A stretch of 22,713 nucleotides of DNA from the NCBI GenBank assembly GCA_044868695.1, contig JBIOWP010000071.1, forward strand, positions 1 through 22,713, given 5' to 3'. Within the stretch, counting starts at the first letter, position 1; every line of letters starts with the position of its first letter. This document shows positions 1 through 8,451 of the stretch, piece by piece. This stretch comes from a bacterium (GTDB lineage: Bacteria; Sysuimicrobiota; Sysuimicrobiia; Sysuimicrobiales; Kaftiobacteriaceae). A program made the translations under genes and the position numbers. The notes below the pieces were generated by a model. That model saw only the letters and a program-made list of their open reading frames with translations. It was not told where the DNA came from and ran no database searches.

Positions 1-2
1 TG

Positions 3-197
3 GCAGGCAGCAGTCCCGACATCACGGTTCGGAAGAAGGCGTACTGCACGGCGGTCAGCGAGATCGTCAAGGACCGGCCGCACATCTACCTGTATGCGCG
101 CAGCGAAGTGGAGGCGTACCGCGACCGCCTGCAGGGGTGGGTGGCCAACGTCTGGGACAATCTCGGGTGGAACGCGGAGGACTGGTCGCTCCGGTAA
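3..197 (+). CDS. 3' end of a peptide/nickel ABC transporter substrate-binding protein (SBP family 5), 5'-truncated by the window
   Basis: Frame 3 reads AGSSPDITVRKKAYCTAVSEIVKDRPHIYLYARSEVEAYRDRLQGWVANVWDNLGWNAEDWSLR* (TAA 195-197). The 'D...RK..Y......P.I.LY' and terminal 'WN..DW' pattern is typical of OppA/AppA C-termini, and the ORF sits directly upstream of the permeases. Confidence 0.85.
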   Translation, partial: AGSSPDITVRKKAYCTAVSEIVKDRPHIYLYARSEVEAYRDRLQGWVANVWDNLGWNAEDWSLR

Positions 198-232
198 CCC
201 CGGCGATAAGGGGGTAGGCTGAGGGACACGCG

Positions 233-1207
233 ATGGGGCCGTACGTCGTCAGGCGCCTGCTGCAGGCGGTTCCGCTCCTGGGGCTGATCAGCGTCGCTGT
301 GTTCGCGCTGCTTCACATCATCCCCGGCGGGCCGATGGCCGCCTACGAGAACAATCCCGACATGACGGCGGAGGACCTTAAGCGCCTGGAGCATGACCTC
401 GGCCTGGACGCGCCCGTGCACGTACAGTACCTCCGCTGGCTGGGTGCACTGCTGCGGGGAGACTGGGGGTACTCCCTGGCCTCGAAGCGTCCGGTGCTGG
501 TCGAGATCGGGGACCGTCTGCCCAACACGGTGTACCTCATGGGCGTCGCCACGCTCGTCACCCTGCTCATCGCCATCCCCATCGGCGTCTTCTCGGCGGT
601 GCGGCAGTACTCCACGGTGGATCACGTGGTGACCACCGTCGCCTTCATGGGGCATTCGATCCCAATCTTCTGGTTCGGGCTGATCCTGATCATCATCTTT
701 CACGTGACGCTGCGCAACCCGCTCACGGGGGCTCCGCTCTTTCCGGGCGGCGGGATGTATACCCTGGGCGTGCCCCCGACCTGGCTGGACCGCCTCCATC
801 ACCTTGCGCTGCCGGTGGCGATGCTGGCGGTCGCGAACGCGGCCACGTACACCCGCTACACCCGGGCCAGCATGCTGGAGGTGATCGGCCAGGACTATAT
901 GCGCACGGCGCGGGCCAAAGGGACGCCGGAGCGCCGGGTGATCTGGAAGCACGGGTTGAAGAACGCGGCCACCCCGGTGGTGACGATTCTGGCGCTGGAT
1001 CTCCCGGCGCTGTTCACCGGCGCGGTGTTCACAGAGACCATGTTCTCCTGGCCGGGGATGGGCCGGCTCTTCATCGAATCCGCGTTCCGGGTCGACTACG
1101 CGCTGCTCATGGCCATCATCATGGTGACGGCCGCGCTCACGGTCGCGTTCAACCTGCTGGCCGACGTGTCGTACGCAGTGCTCGACCCACGGATCCGGTA
1201 TGGATAG
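233..1207 (+). CDS. oppB: Oligopeptide/dipeptide ABC transporter permease (OppB/DppB family)
   Basis: 'YVVRRLLQAVPLL', 'GLDAPVHVQYLRWL', the EAA-loop region 'QDYMRTARAKG' and C-terminal 'YAVLDPRIRY'. SD-like GAGGG upstream. Confidence 0.95.
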   Translation: MGPYVVRRLLQAVPLLGLISVAVFALLHIIPGGPMAAYENNPDMTAEDLKRLEHDLGLDAPVHVQYLRWLGALLRGDWGYSLASKRPVLVEIGDRLPNTVYLMGVATLVTLLIAIPIGVFSAVRQYSTVDHVVTTVAFMGHSIPIFWFGLILIIIFHVTLRNPLTGAPLFPGGGMYTLGVPPTWLDRLHHLALPVAMLAVANAATYTRYTRASMLEVIGQDYMRTARAKGTPERRVIWKHGLKNAATPVVTILALDLPALFTGAVFTETMFSWPGMGRLFIESAFRVDYALLMAIIMVTAALTVAFNLLADVSYAVLDPRIRYG

Positions 1208-2174
1208 CGGGGTCGGGGGCCGGGAGTCGGGAGCCGGCGCGGGCAGGGTCCTGGTTGTTGGGCCGACCCCCGACACCCGACCCCTGACCCCCGCCGTCAG
1301 GGCGCGGTCCGAGACGCTTGCCGGACTCACTTGGGCTCGCTTCAGGCGCCACCGGATGGCCGTCGCCGGGCTGCTCGTGGTGGTGCTGCTCGGCGCCGCG
1401 TCCGTGCTCGCCCCCTGGCTGTCACCGTACGATCCGGACAAACCGCAGCTGGCGACCCAGCTCCGGCCGCCGTCCCCCGCCCACCCGCTTGGGACCGACG
1501 ACCTGGGCCGCGACCTGCTCACGCGCATCCTGTACGGGGGCCGGGTGTCGCTGAGCATCGGCATCCTGGCGATGGCGCTGGCGGTGATCATCGGCACGGC
1601 CGTGGGCGCGCTGGCCGGATTCTATGGCGGGACGGTCGACAATCTGTTGATGCGCCTGACCGATCTGGTGCTCTCCATTCCGGCGCTGTTCCTGTTGATT
1701 CTCCTCACCCTGCTGCTCCGGAGCTTCCCGGTGCCGTTTCTCCGGGGCGGGGTGCTGGCGATCGTCCTGGCGATCGCCCTGCTCTCCTGGATGACGGTCG
1801 CCCGGCTGGTGCGGGCGTCGTTTCTGACGTTGAAGGAGCAGACGTTCACGGAGGCGGCGCGGGCGCTGGGGGCGACCAGCCGCCGCATCATCACCCGGCA
1901 CATTCTCCCCAACGCGGCCAGCCCGATCATCGTGGCCGCCACGCTGCGGGTCGCCAGTTCGATCATCACCGAGTCGGGACTGAGCTTTCTGGGGTTCGGC
2001 GTGCAGCCGCCCACCCCCACGTGGGGGAATATGCTGAAAAATGCGCAGGATCAGATGATGACCGCGCCCTGGACGGCGATCTTCCCGGGGCTCTTCATCT
2101 TCGTGACCGTTATTGCGATCAACTATGTCGGCGACGGCCTGCGGGATGCGCTGGATCCCCGCCACCTCCAGTGA
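1200..2174 (+). CDS. oppC: Oligopeptide/dipeptide ABC transporter permease (OppC/DppC family)
   Basis: 'WARFRRHRMA', 'HPLGTDDLGRD', 'FTEAARALGA', 'RHILPN', 'GDGLRDALDP'. The start overlaps the oppB end, and the N-terminal ~30 codons are built from repeats. Confidence 0.95.
   Translation: MDSGVGGRESGAGAGRVLVVGPTPDTRPLTPAVRARSETLAGLTWARFRRHRMAVAGLLVVVLLGAASVLAPWLSPYDPDKPQLATQLRPPSPAHPLGTDDLGRDLLTRILYGGRVSLSIGILAMALAVIIGTAVGALAGFYGGTVDNLLMRLTDLVLSIPALFLLILLTLLLRSFPVPFLRGGVLAIVLAIALLSWMTVARLVRASFLTLKEQTFTEAARALGATSRRIITRHILPNAASPIIVAATLRVASSIITESGLSFLGFGVQPPTPTWGNMLKNAQDQMMTAPWTAIFPGLFIFVTVIAINYVGDGLRDALDPRHLQ
1208..1293. repeat. Inverted pair of heptamer tandem arrays, (GGGRGYC)x4 and (GACMCCY)x4
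   Basis: 1208-1237 cggggtc-gggggcc-gggagtc-gggagcc-gg; 1263-1293 cc-gaccccc-gacaccc-gacccct-gaccccc-g. The two arms are imperfect reverse complements. Confidence 0.8.
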
Positions 2175-2189
2175 GCCGCGGCCGGGCGA

Positions 2190-2216
2190 ACAGGAGTTGT
2201 ATCGCAAAGATTGAAA
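2190..2216 (+). promoter_or_regulatory. Possible SigH-like internal promoter upstream of oppD
   Basis: acAGGAgtt-N11-attGAAA resembles the B. subtilis sigma-H consensus RNAGGAWWW-N11/12-RNNGAAT and lies in an AT-richer intergenic gap. Motif resemblance only. Confidence 0.3.
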
Positions 2217-2263
2217 GGAACAGGGCCCAACCGAGGACCGTATCTGGGAGTTGAGGTGACTCT

Positions 2264-3310
2264 ATGGCAGAAGTCTTACTGTCCGTCCGCAACCTGAAGA
2301 CCTACTTCTATACGGATGAAGGCGTGGTGAAGGCGGTCGACGGGCTCTCTTACGACCTGCGCAAGGGAGAGACCCTAGGGATCGTGGGCGAATCAGGCTG
2401 CGGCAAGAGCGTGCATGCCCTCTCGGTGATGCGGCTGATCCCGCAGCCGCCCGGCAAGATCGTGGAGGGCCAGATCCTCTTCGACGGCCGGGACCTGCTG
2501 AAACTGCCCGACGAACAGATGCGGCGGATCCGCGGGAACCGGATCGCTATGATCTTCCAGGAGCCGATGACCTCGCTCAATCCCGTCCTCACGATCGGCG
2601 AGCAGATCGCAGAAGCGGTCATGCTGCACCAGGGGCTGGCGAAAAAGGACGCGTGGGACCGGGCCGTCGAGATGCTGGAAAAGGTCAAAATCCCGCTGGC
2701 CCGCGAGCGGGTGCGCGACTACCCGCACCAATTCTCCGGCGGGATGCGCCAGCGCGTCATGATTGCCATGGCCTTATCCTGCAATCCATCCATCCTGATC
2801 GCCGACGAGCCGACCACGGCGCTCGATGTCACGATCCAGGCGCAGATCTTGGACTTGATGCGCGCGCTGCAGCAGGAGTTCAACATGGCCGTCATCCTGA
2901 TCACGCACAACCTGGGCGTCGTGGCCGAGATGTGCGACAACGTGGTGGTCATGTACGCCGGGCGCCCAGTGGAGCACACCACGGTCCAGCGGACGTTCCA
3001 GGACCCCAAGCACCCGTACACCTGGGGCCTGCTGCACTCCATCCCCAAGCTGTATGAGCGCAAGGAGCGGCTGATTCCCATTGAGGGGCAGCCCCCGAAC
3101 CTGATCGACCTGCCGCCGGGGTGCTCGTTTGCGCCGCGCTGCCCGTTCGCGATGGAAGTCTGCGTGAAGATGGACCCGCCGGACTACGAGGTGGGACCGC
3201 ACCACACGGCCCGGTGCTTCCTGCACAGCGACCACGCCACTGAGGAGGACAAGCGCGCCGCGGCCTCCGCGGGGCTGGCGGCGTCCACCCGAGGAGACAC
3301 CCGACGATGA
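2264..3310 (+). CDS. oppD: Oligopeptide ABC transporter ATP-binding protein (OppD/DppD)
   Basis: Walker A GESGCGKS, '[12 protein letters not shown]', signature FSGGMRQR, Walker [13 protein letters not shown], 'HPYT' and C-terminal Cys motif (GCSFAPRC...C...C). SD GAGGTG. Confidence 0.96.
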   Translation: MAEVLLSVRNLKTYFYTDEGVVKAVDGLSYDLRKGETLGIVGESGCGKSVHALSVMRLIPQPPGKIVEGQILFDGRDLLKLPDEQMRRIRGNRIAMIFQEPMTSLNPVLTIGEQIAEAVMLHQGLAKKDAWDRAVEMLEKVKIPLARERVRDYPHQFSGGMRQRVMIAMALSCNPSILIADEPTTALDVTIQAQILDLMRALQQEFNMAVILITHNLGVVAEMCDNVVVMYAGRPVEHTTVQRTFQDPKHPYTWGLLHSIPKLYERKERLIPIEGQPPNLIDLPPGCSFAPRCPFAMEVCVKMDPPDYEVGPHHTARCFLHSDHATEEDKRAAASAGLAASTRGDTRR

Positions 3311-4332
3311 GCAGCGAAGTCATCCTCGACGTCAAGAATCTGGTCAAGCACTTCCCCATCACGAAGGGGTTCATCGTCCAGCGCCAGGTCGGGGCCGTGA
3401 AAGCGGTCGACGGCGTCTCGTTCTCGATCCGGCGGGGCGAGACGCTGGGGCTGGTGGGGGAATCCGGCTGCGGGAAAACCACCACCGGGCGCGTCATCCT
3501 GCGTCTGATGGAGCCCACCAGCGGCGAGGCCTCCTTCGAAGGCCGGAATATCTTCAAGCTCACCAAGGAAGACCTGCGCCGGATGCGGCGGGACATGCAG
3601 ATCATCTTCCAGGATCCCTACTCGTCCCTGAACCCGCGCATGACGGTCGGCGATATCATCGGGGAACCGCTGGAGATCCACAATCTGGCCCGCGGTAAGG
3701 AGAAGACCCGGCGGGTCCAGGAGCTGCTGGAGGTCGTCGGCCTCTCCCCGTACCACATGAACCGCTACCCGCACGAGTTCTCCGGCGGGCAGCGCCAGCG
3801 GATCGGGATCGCGCGCGCCCTGGCGGTGAACCCCAAGTTGATCATCTGCGATGAGCCGGTGTCGGCGCTGGATGTCTCCATCCAGGCGCAGGTGCTCAAT
3901 CTGCTGGAAGAGCTGCAGAAGGAGTTCGGGCTCACGTACCTGTTCATCGCGCACGACCTGTCGGTGGTCAAGCACATCAGCGACCGGATTGCCGTGATGT
4001 ACCTCGGGCGCATCGTCGAGATTGCCGAGACCGACGAGCTGTTCGCGAACCCGCAGCACCCCTATACGGAGGCGCTGCTGTCGGCGGTCCCCATCCCGAA
4101 TCCGGGGATGCGTCGAGAGCGCATCATCCTCCCGGGCGACGTGCCCAGTCCGGTCAATCCGCCACAGGGGTGCCGCTTCCACACCCGGTGCCTGTATGCG
4201 CAGGAGAGCTGCCGGGTCCACGATCAAACGCTGATCGATTCCTGGGGCAACGGCCATTACGTGGCCTGCGAGGTGTTGCCGTTCAAACATCAGCGCAGCA
4301 AGGCGGCCGTGCTGAAGCAGCCGACCGCCTAG
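3307..4332 (+). CDS. oppF: Oligopeptide ABC transporter ATP-binding protein (OppF/DppF)
   Basis: Walker A GESGCGKT, '[12 protein letters not shown]', FSGGQRQR, '[10 protein letters not shown]', 'HPYT', 'GCRFHTRC'. ATGA overlap with oppD. Confidence 0.96.
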   Translation: MSSEVILDVKNLVKHFPITKGFIVQRQVGAVKAVDGVSFSIRRGETLGLVGESGCGKTTTGRVILRLMEPTSGEASFEGRNIFKLTKEDLRRMRRDMQIIFQDPYSSLNPRMTVGDIIGEPLEIHNLARGKEKTRRVQELLEVVGLSPYHMNRYPHEFSGGQRQRIGIARALAVNPKLIICDEPVSALDVSIQAQVLNLLEELQKEFGLTYLFIAHDLSVVKHISDRIAVMYLGRIVEIAETDELFANPQHPYTEALLSAVPIPNPGMRRERIILPGDVPSPVNPPQGCRFHTRCLYAQESCRVHDQTLIDSWGNGHYVACEVLPFKHQRSKAAVLKQPTA

Positions 4333-4415
4333 CGCGAGGTGCGGGCGAAGGAGGTGACCGGGCCACACGTCAGTGCGTACACGCTGGAGCAGAACAACAA
4401 AGGGGGACTATCGGG

Positions 4416-6197
4416 ATGAGTGTTAGACAACGCATGCTGATGCTGCTCGTGTTCACGCTGAGCGTTACGCTGGTCGGCGTCACGGGCGTCGTGCAGGGCC
4501 AGGCGGTGAGAAACCCCGATTCGCTCGTCATCCAGCAGATCGGCGACGCGGAGACCCTGGATCCCTCACGCGCCTATGACACCGCCAGCAGCGGCGCGTT
4601 CCTCTGGACAGTCTACGAAACGCTGATCTTCTTCGACGGGCTGCGGACCGATCTGTACGGCCCGCTGCTGGCCACCGAGGTGCCCACCGTCGCCAACGGC
4701 GGCATCTCCAGAGACGGGCGGACGTACACCTTCAAGATCCGCCAGGGGGTTAAGTTCCACGACGGAACCCCGCTGACGCCTGAGGACGTCAAGTACTCGC
4801 TGATGCGCTTCATGCTGATGGACCCCGACGGCGGTCCGGCGTGGATCCTGCTATCGTCGATTCTCGGCGCCGACACGCAGACGACGCGCAACGACGACGG
4901 CAAGCTCCTGCCCGATATCTGGGACCGGGCGAACCGGGCGATCCAGGTCAGGGGCAACACCGTGGTCATCACGCTGAAGGACCCCTACGCGCCGTTCCTC
5001 AACATCATGACGACCTGGTCGGTCATCGTCTCCAAGGGGTTCGTCATGGCCAACGGGGGGTGGGATGGCACGGGGGCGACCCTGGCCAAGTACAACAACC
5101 TGCCCGATGCCGACCAGGACACCCTGTTCACCAAGGCCGCCGGCACGGGTCCCTTCAAGCTGGAGAGCTGGGACCGCAAAACGGGCACCCTGGTGCTGGT
5201 GCGCAACGACGCGTACTGGCGGGCGCCCGCCAAGCTTCGGCGCGTCGTCTTCCAGAAGGTTGAGGAATTCGGGCCCCGCCGGCTGGCCCTGCAGAATGGA
5301 GACGCGGACATCATCGACGTGGACCGGGCGGACCAGCCCGCCGTGACGGGCATTCCCGGCGTGCGCATCGTCGATGACCTGGCCACGCTGCAGACAGACG
5401 GCGTCTTCTACCAGCTGGCCATCAACGCCGAGGCCAATCAGAACATCGGCAGCGGCAAGCTCGACGGCAATGGCATCCCGCCGAACTTCTTCTCGGACAT
5501 CCACGTCCGGCGGGCCTTTGCCCACCTGTTTGACCGCGAGCGGTTCGTGCGGGAGGCACTGCGAGGGAAAGGGCGCCCGGCGCATGGCCCAATCCCATTC
5601 GGGATGCTCGGCTACAACCCGAGAGGCAAATGGTACGAGCTGAGCCGCGACCGGGCGACGGCCGAGTTCAAGGAAGCCTGGGGCGGACAGGTCTGGGACA
5701 AGGGATTCAAGTTCGCGCTGCTCTATAACTCAGGGAACATCTCGCGGCAGACCGCCGCGCAGATGATCAAGGAAGCGGCCGAGGCGCTGAACCCTAAGTT
5801 CCAGATCGAGGTGCGGGGAGTCCCGTGGGCGACCTACCTGCCGCAGTACCGCGGGCGGCAGCTTCCTATGTATGCCCTCGGCTGGATCGCGGACTTCGCC
5901 GACCCTGACAACTTCGTGGGACCCTTCCTCCACAGTACGGGGGCGTTTACCGGCCGCCAGGGCTATAAGAATCCCGAGGCTGACAGCCTGATCGAGGCGG
6001 CCATGCGGGAGAGCGACGCGAAGAAGCGCGAGGCGCTGTACTTCCGGCTGCAGGACATTGCCTATCAGGACATCCCGACCCTTTACACCGCTCACCCGGT
6101 GCGGCTGGTCGTGATGCGCTCCTGGCTGAAAGGCTGGTATCACAACCCGATGTTCTTCCAGGAGTACGGGTACCTGTACCAGCTCTCAAAGCAGTAG
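4416..6197 (+). CDS. Peptide ABC transporter substrate-binding protein (SBP family 5, DppA-like)
   Basis: The true start is probably ATG 4416 (SD AAAGGGGG 4399-4406), giving signal peptide MSVRQRMLMLLVFTLSVTLVGVTGVVQG. Motifs: 'TLDP', 'YETLI', 'YTFKIRQGVKFHDGTPLT', 'GTGPFKL', 'GWIADFADPDNF'. Confidence 0.93.
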   Translation: MSVRQRMLMLLVFTLSVTLVGVTGVVQGQAVRNPDSLVIQQIGDAETLDPSRAYDTASSGAFLWTVYETLIFFDGLRTDLYGPLLATEVPTVANGGISRDGRTYTFKIRQGVKFHDGTPLTPEDVKYSLMRFMLMDPDGGPAWILLSSILGADTQTTRNDDGKLLPDIWDRANRAIQVRGNTVVITLKDPYAPFLNIMTTWSVIVSKGFVMANGGWDGTGATLAKYNNLPDADQDTLFTKAAGTGPFKLESWDRKTGTLVLVRNDAYWRAPAKLRRVVFQKVEEFGPRRLALQNGDADIIDVDRADQPAVTGIPGVRIVDDLATLQTDGVFYQLAINAEANQNIGSGKLDGNGIPPNFFSDIHVRRAFAHLFDRERFVREALRGKGRPAHGPIPFGMLGYNPRGKWYELSRDRATAEFKEAWGGQVWDKGFKFALLYNSGNISRQTAAQMIKEAAEALNPKFQIEVRGVPWATYLPQYRGRQLPMYALGWIADFADPDNFVGPFLHSTGAFTGRQGYKNPEADSLIEAAMRESDAKKREALYFRLQDIAYQDIPTLYTAHPVRLVVMRSWLKGWYHNPMFFQEYGYLYQLSKQ

Positions 6198-6241
6198 CGT
6201 CCGCCGGCAGGCGGCAGAACCGTTCACAGGAGGCAGGAGCC

Positions 6242-6271
6242 GCGGGGGCCGGGGTCTCTTCCGGCCCCCGC
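6242..6271 (+). terminator. GC-rich stem-loop after the SBP gene (mRNA stabiliser or partial terminator)
   Basis: gcgggggccgg (6242-6252) pairs perfectly with ccggcccccgc (6261-6271). No following U-tract, so it is not a classical intrinsic terminator. Confidence 0.6.
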
Positions 6272-6282
6272 AGCGGGTTCAA

Positions 6283-7308
6283 ATGGCAGCGTACATCGGA
6301 CGGCGGCTGATGCTTCTCCCGTTCGTGGCCTTCGGGGTCACGGTCCTCATCTTTGCGCTGCTCCAGTTCCTGTCGCCTGACCAGCGCGCGTCGCTCTATG
6401 TCACCGACCCGAGGCAGTTCGACGACATCCCGGGGATCATCCGGCTTCACGGCCTGGACAAGCCGGTGCACATCCAGTACTGGAACTGGTTAAAGCAGCT
6501 GACCCATGGGGACCTCGGGTGGTCGAAGACCGCCCGGATGCGCACGTCCGAAGCGATCGGCGCGTTCTTTCCCGCGACCCTGGAACTGACGTTCTACATG
6601 TTCATCCCGATCATATTAATCGGGCTGTGGCTGGGGACAAAGGCCGCGGTCCACAAGGACCGCTTTATCGATCACTTCTCACGCTTTTTCGCCATCTCGC
6701 TGCGGGGCCTCCCGTCCTTTGTCTGGGGTCTGGTCGTGCTGATGGTGTTCTACGGCGGGTTGAACTGGTTCCCCCCGGGACGGCTGTCCCTGGAGGCGGA
6801 CCTGTTCGTCCGGTCAGATGCGTTCAGGCACTACACGCACCTGCTGACCGTTGACGCCCTCCTGAATGGGCAAGTCTGGATCTTCCTGGATGCGCTCCGC
6901 CACATCGCGGGACCGGCGGTGACCCTCGTGCTCGTGGAGATTGCGCTGCTGGTCCGCATCACCCGGTCCTCCATGTTGGAGGTCCTGCGCCAGGACTACG
7001 TCCGCACGGCGCGGGCCAAGGGACTCGTCGAGCCTGTCGTGGTCATGAAGCATGCCCGCCGGAACGCGCTCATCCCCGTGATTACCTTGAGCAGCTTGTT
7101 GTTCGTCAGCCTGCTCGGCGGCGTGGTGCTGGCGGAGACGATTTTCAACTACCCCGGGATCGGGAAGTGGGGCGCGGAGGCCGCGGTGCAGCTGGATGTG
7201 CCGGCCGTCACGGGCTTCGGGATGTTCATCGCCCTGGTGACTGTGATGGGAAACCTTGCGGCGGACCTGTTGTACGCGGCGGTGGACCCGCGGGTCCGGC
7301 TCCAGTGA
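6283..7308 (+). CDS. dppB: Peptide ABC transporter permease (DppB family)
   Basis: 'YIGRRL', 'GLDKPVHIQY', 'FPATLEL', 'RITRSSMLEVLRQDYVRTARAKGL', 'YAAVDPRVR'. Confidence 0.93.
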   Translation: MAAYIGRRLMLLPFVAFGVTVLIFALLQFLSPDQRASLYVTDPRQFDDIPGIIRLHGLDKPVHIQYWNWLKQLTHGDLGWSKTARMRTSEAIGAFFPATLELTFYMFIPIILIGLWLGTKAAVHKDRFIDHFSRFFAISLRGLPSFVWGLVVLMVFYGGLNWFPPGRLSLEADLFVRSDAFRHYTHLLTVDALLNGQVWIFLDALRHIAGPAVTLVLVEIALLVRITRSSMLEVLRQDYVRTARAKGLVEPVVVMKHARRNALIPVITLSSLLFVSLLGGVVLAETIFNYPGIGKWGAEAAVQLDVPAVTGFGMFIALVTVMGNLAADLLYAAVDPRVRLQ

Positions 7309-7318
7309 CCCGCCCGCG

Positions 7319-8392
7319 ATGAGCGTCCTGCGCGACGCGATCGCCCGGGGCCAGCCTGTGAAAGCCATCCCGCTGGCCGCTGCCCTCGCCGTGGTCGCCG
7401 CGGCGGGACTGGTCGCGTTCCCGGAACTGCGGGCGCGGGTCGTTCGATTCCCGCTCGATGTCGGGGCGTTCCTCCTGGCCGTCGCCGGCATGGCGCTGTT
7501 CTGGTCGCTGCCCTCGGACCTCACGAAGAGGCTGAGACGGAACCCACTCTCCATCACGGGGTTTGCCATCATTTCAGGCTTTGTGATCGTCGCCACGCTC
7601 GCCCCCATGCTCGCGGTCCCGTCGCCGAACGCGCGCGATCCGTACCAGATCCCGCACGAAGGATTCGCGCCGGACCCCAGGCCGCCGCGGGCCGGGCATC
7701 CGCTGGGAACGACCGGCCGGCAGTACGACATCTACTACGGCATCGTGTGGGGGACGCGCACCGCCTTTCGCGTGGCGCTCGTCGTGGTGGCGATTTCCAT
7801 CGCGGCCGGCCTGCTGCTGGGCAGCATCGCAGGCTACTACGGGGGGCGGATCGACGAGGGGATCATGCGGATCACCGACGTCTTCCTAGCGTTTCCAAGC
7901 CTGGTGCTGGCGGTCGTCGTGACCGCCGTGCTCGGCAAAGGGCTCGACAAGGTCATGATCGCCATCGCCGTCGTGAACTGGCCGACCTATGCCCGCCTGC
8001 TGCGGGGCGAGATCCTCTCGGTCCGGCAGCGGGACTACGTCGAGGCCGCGCGCGCGGCCGGCGCGGGCGACCGGCGCATCATCTTCCGGCACGTCATACC
8101 CAACACGATCTATCCGTTTCTGGTGTATGCGGCCTTCGACATGGGGCTCGTGGTCATCGTGGCCGCCGCGCTCTCGTTTCTGGGGCTGGGAGCGGAAATC
8201 GGATACGCAGACTGGGGCATGCTCATCAACATGGCGCGGAGCTGGATCCTCGGGGTGCCGGGCAGCCCGTTCATCTACTGGTTCACCGTCGTGTTTCCCG
8301 GCGTGGTGATCTTCTTCTTCGTCTTGGGTTGGAATCTGCTCGGTGATGCCTTTCGGGACATTCTCGACCCCCGCCTGCGCGGTTCGACGTAG
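7319..8392 (+). CDS. dppC: Peptide ABC transporter permease (DppC family) with an N-terminal hydrophobic extension
   Basis: ATG 7319 (alternative GTG 7358). 'RLRRNPLS', 'HPLGTT', 'DYVEAARAAGA', 'RHVIPN', 'WNLLGDAFRDILDPR'. Confidence 0.92.
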   Translation: MSVLRDAIARGQPVKAIPLAAALAVVAAAGLVAFPELRARVVRFPLDVGAFLLAVAGMALFWSLPSDLTKRLRRNPLSITGFAIISGFVIVATLAPMLAVPSPNARDPYQIPHEGFAPDPRPPRAGHPLGTTGRQYDIYYGIVWGTRTAFRVALVVVAISIAAGLLLGSIAGYYGGRIDEGIMRITDVFLAFPSLVLAVVVTAVLGKGLDKVMIAIAVVNWPTYARLLRGEILSVRQRDYVEAARAAGAGDRRIIFRHVIPNTIYPFLVYAAFDMGLVVIVAAALSFLGLGAEIGYADWGMLINMARSWILGVPGSPFIYWFTVVFPGVVIFFFVLGWNLLGDAFRDILDPRLRGST

Positions 8393-8407
8393 CGAACGGA
8401 CGGAAAC

Positions 8408-8431
8408 GGGAACGCGGGAGCGCGGGAATGC
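8408..8431 (+). repeat. Octamer tandem repeat x3
   Basis: gggaacgc-gggagcgc-gggaatgc in the gap between dppC and the hypothetical gene. Confidence 0.65.
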
Positions 8432-8451
8432 AGTAGGGGACCACTGCAGCG

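Noticed and set aside
86..1597. 503-aa minus-strand ORF (and other long antisense ORFs such as 3184-4368 and 9309-10313)
   Set aside because: Shadow frames of well-supported high-GC genes; low-complexity R/P/G/H-rich translations with no family motifs.
4170..4415. Long upstream starts in the ORF track for the SBP (4170); likewise dppC (7256), gabT (13830), dnaE (15521) and the reductase (19002)
   Set aside because: They overlap upstream genes. Better starts with an SD or stop/start coupling exist at 4416, 7319, 14220, 15548 and 19089.
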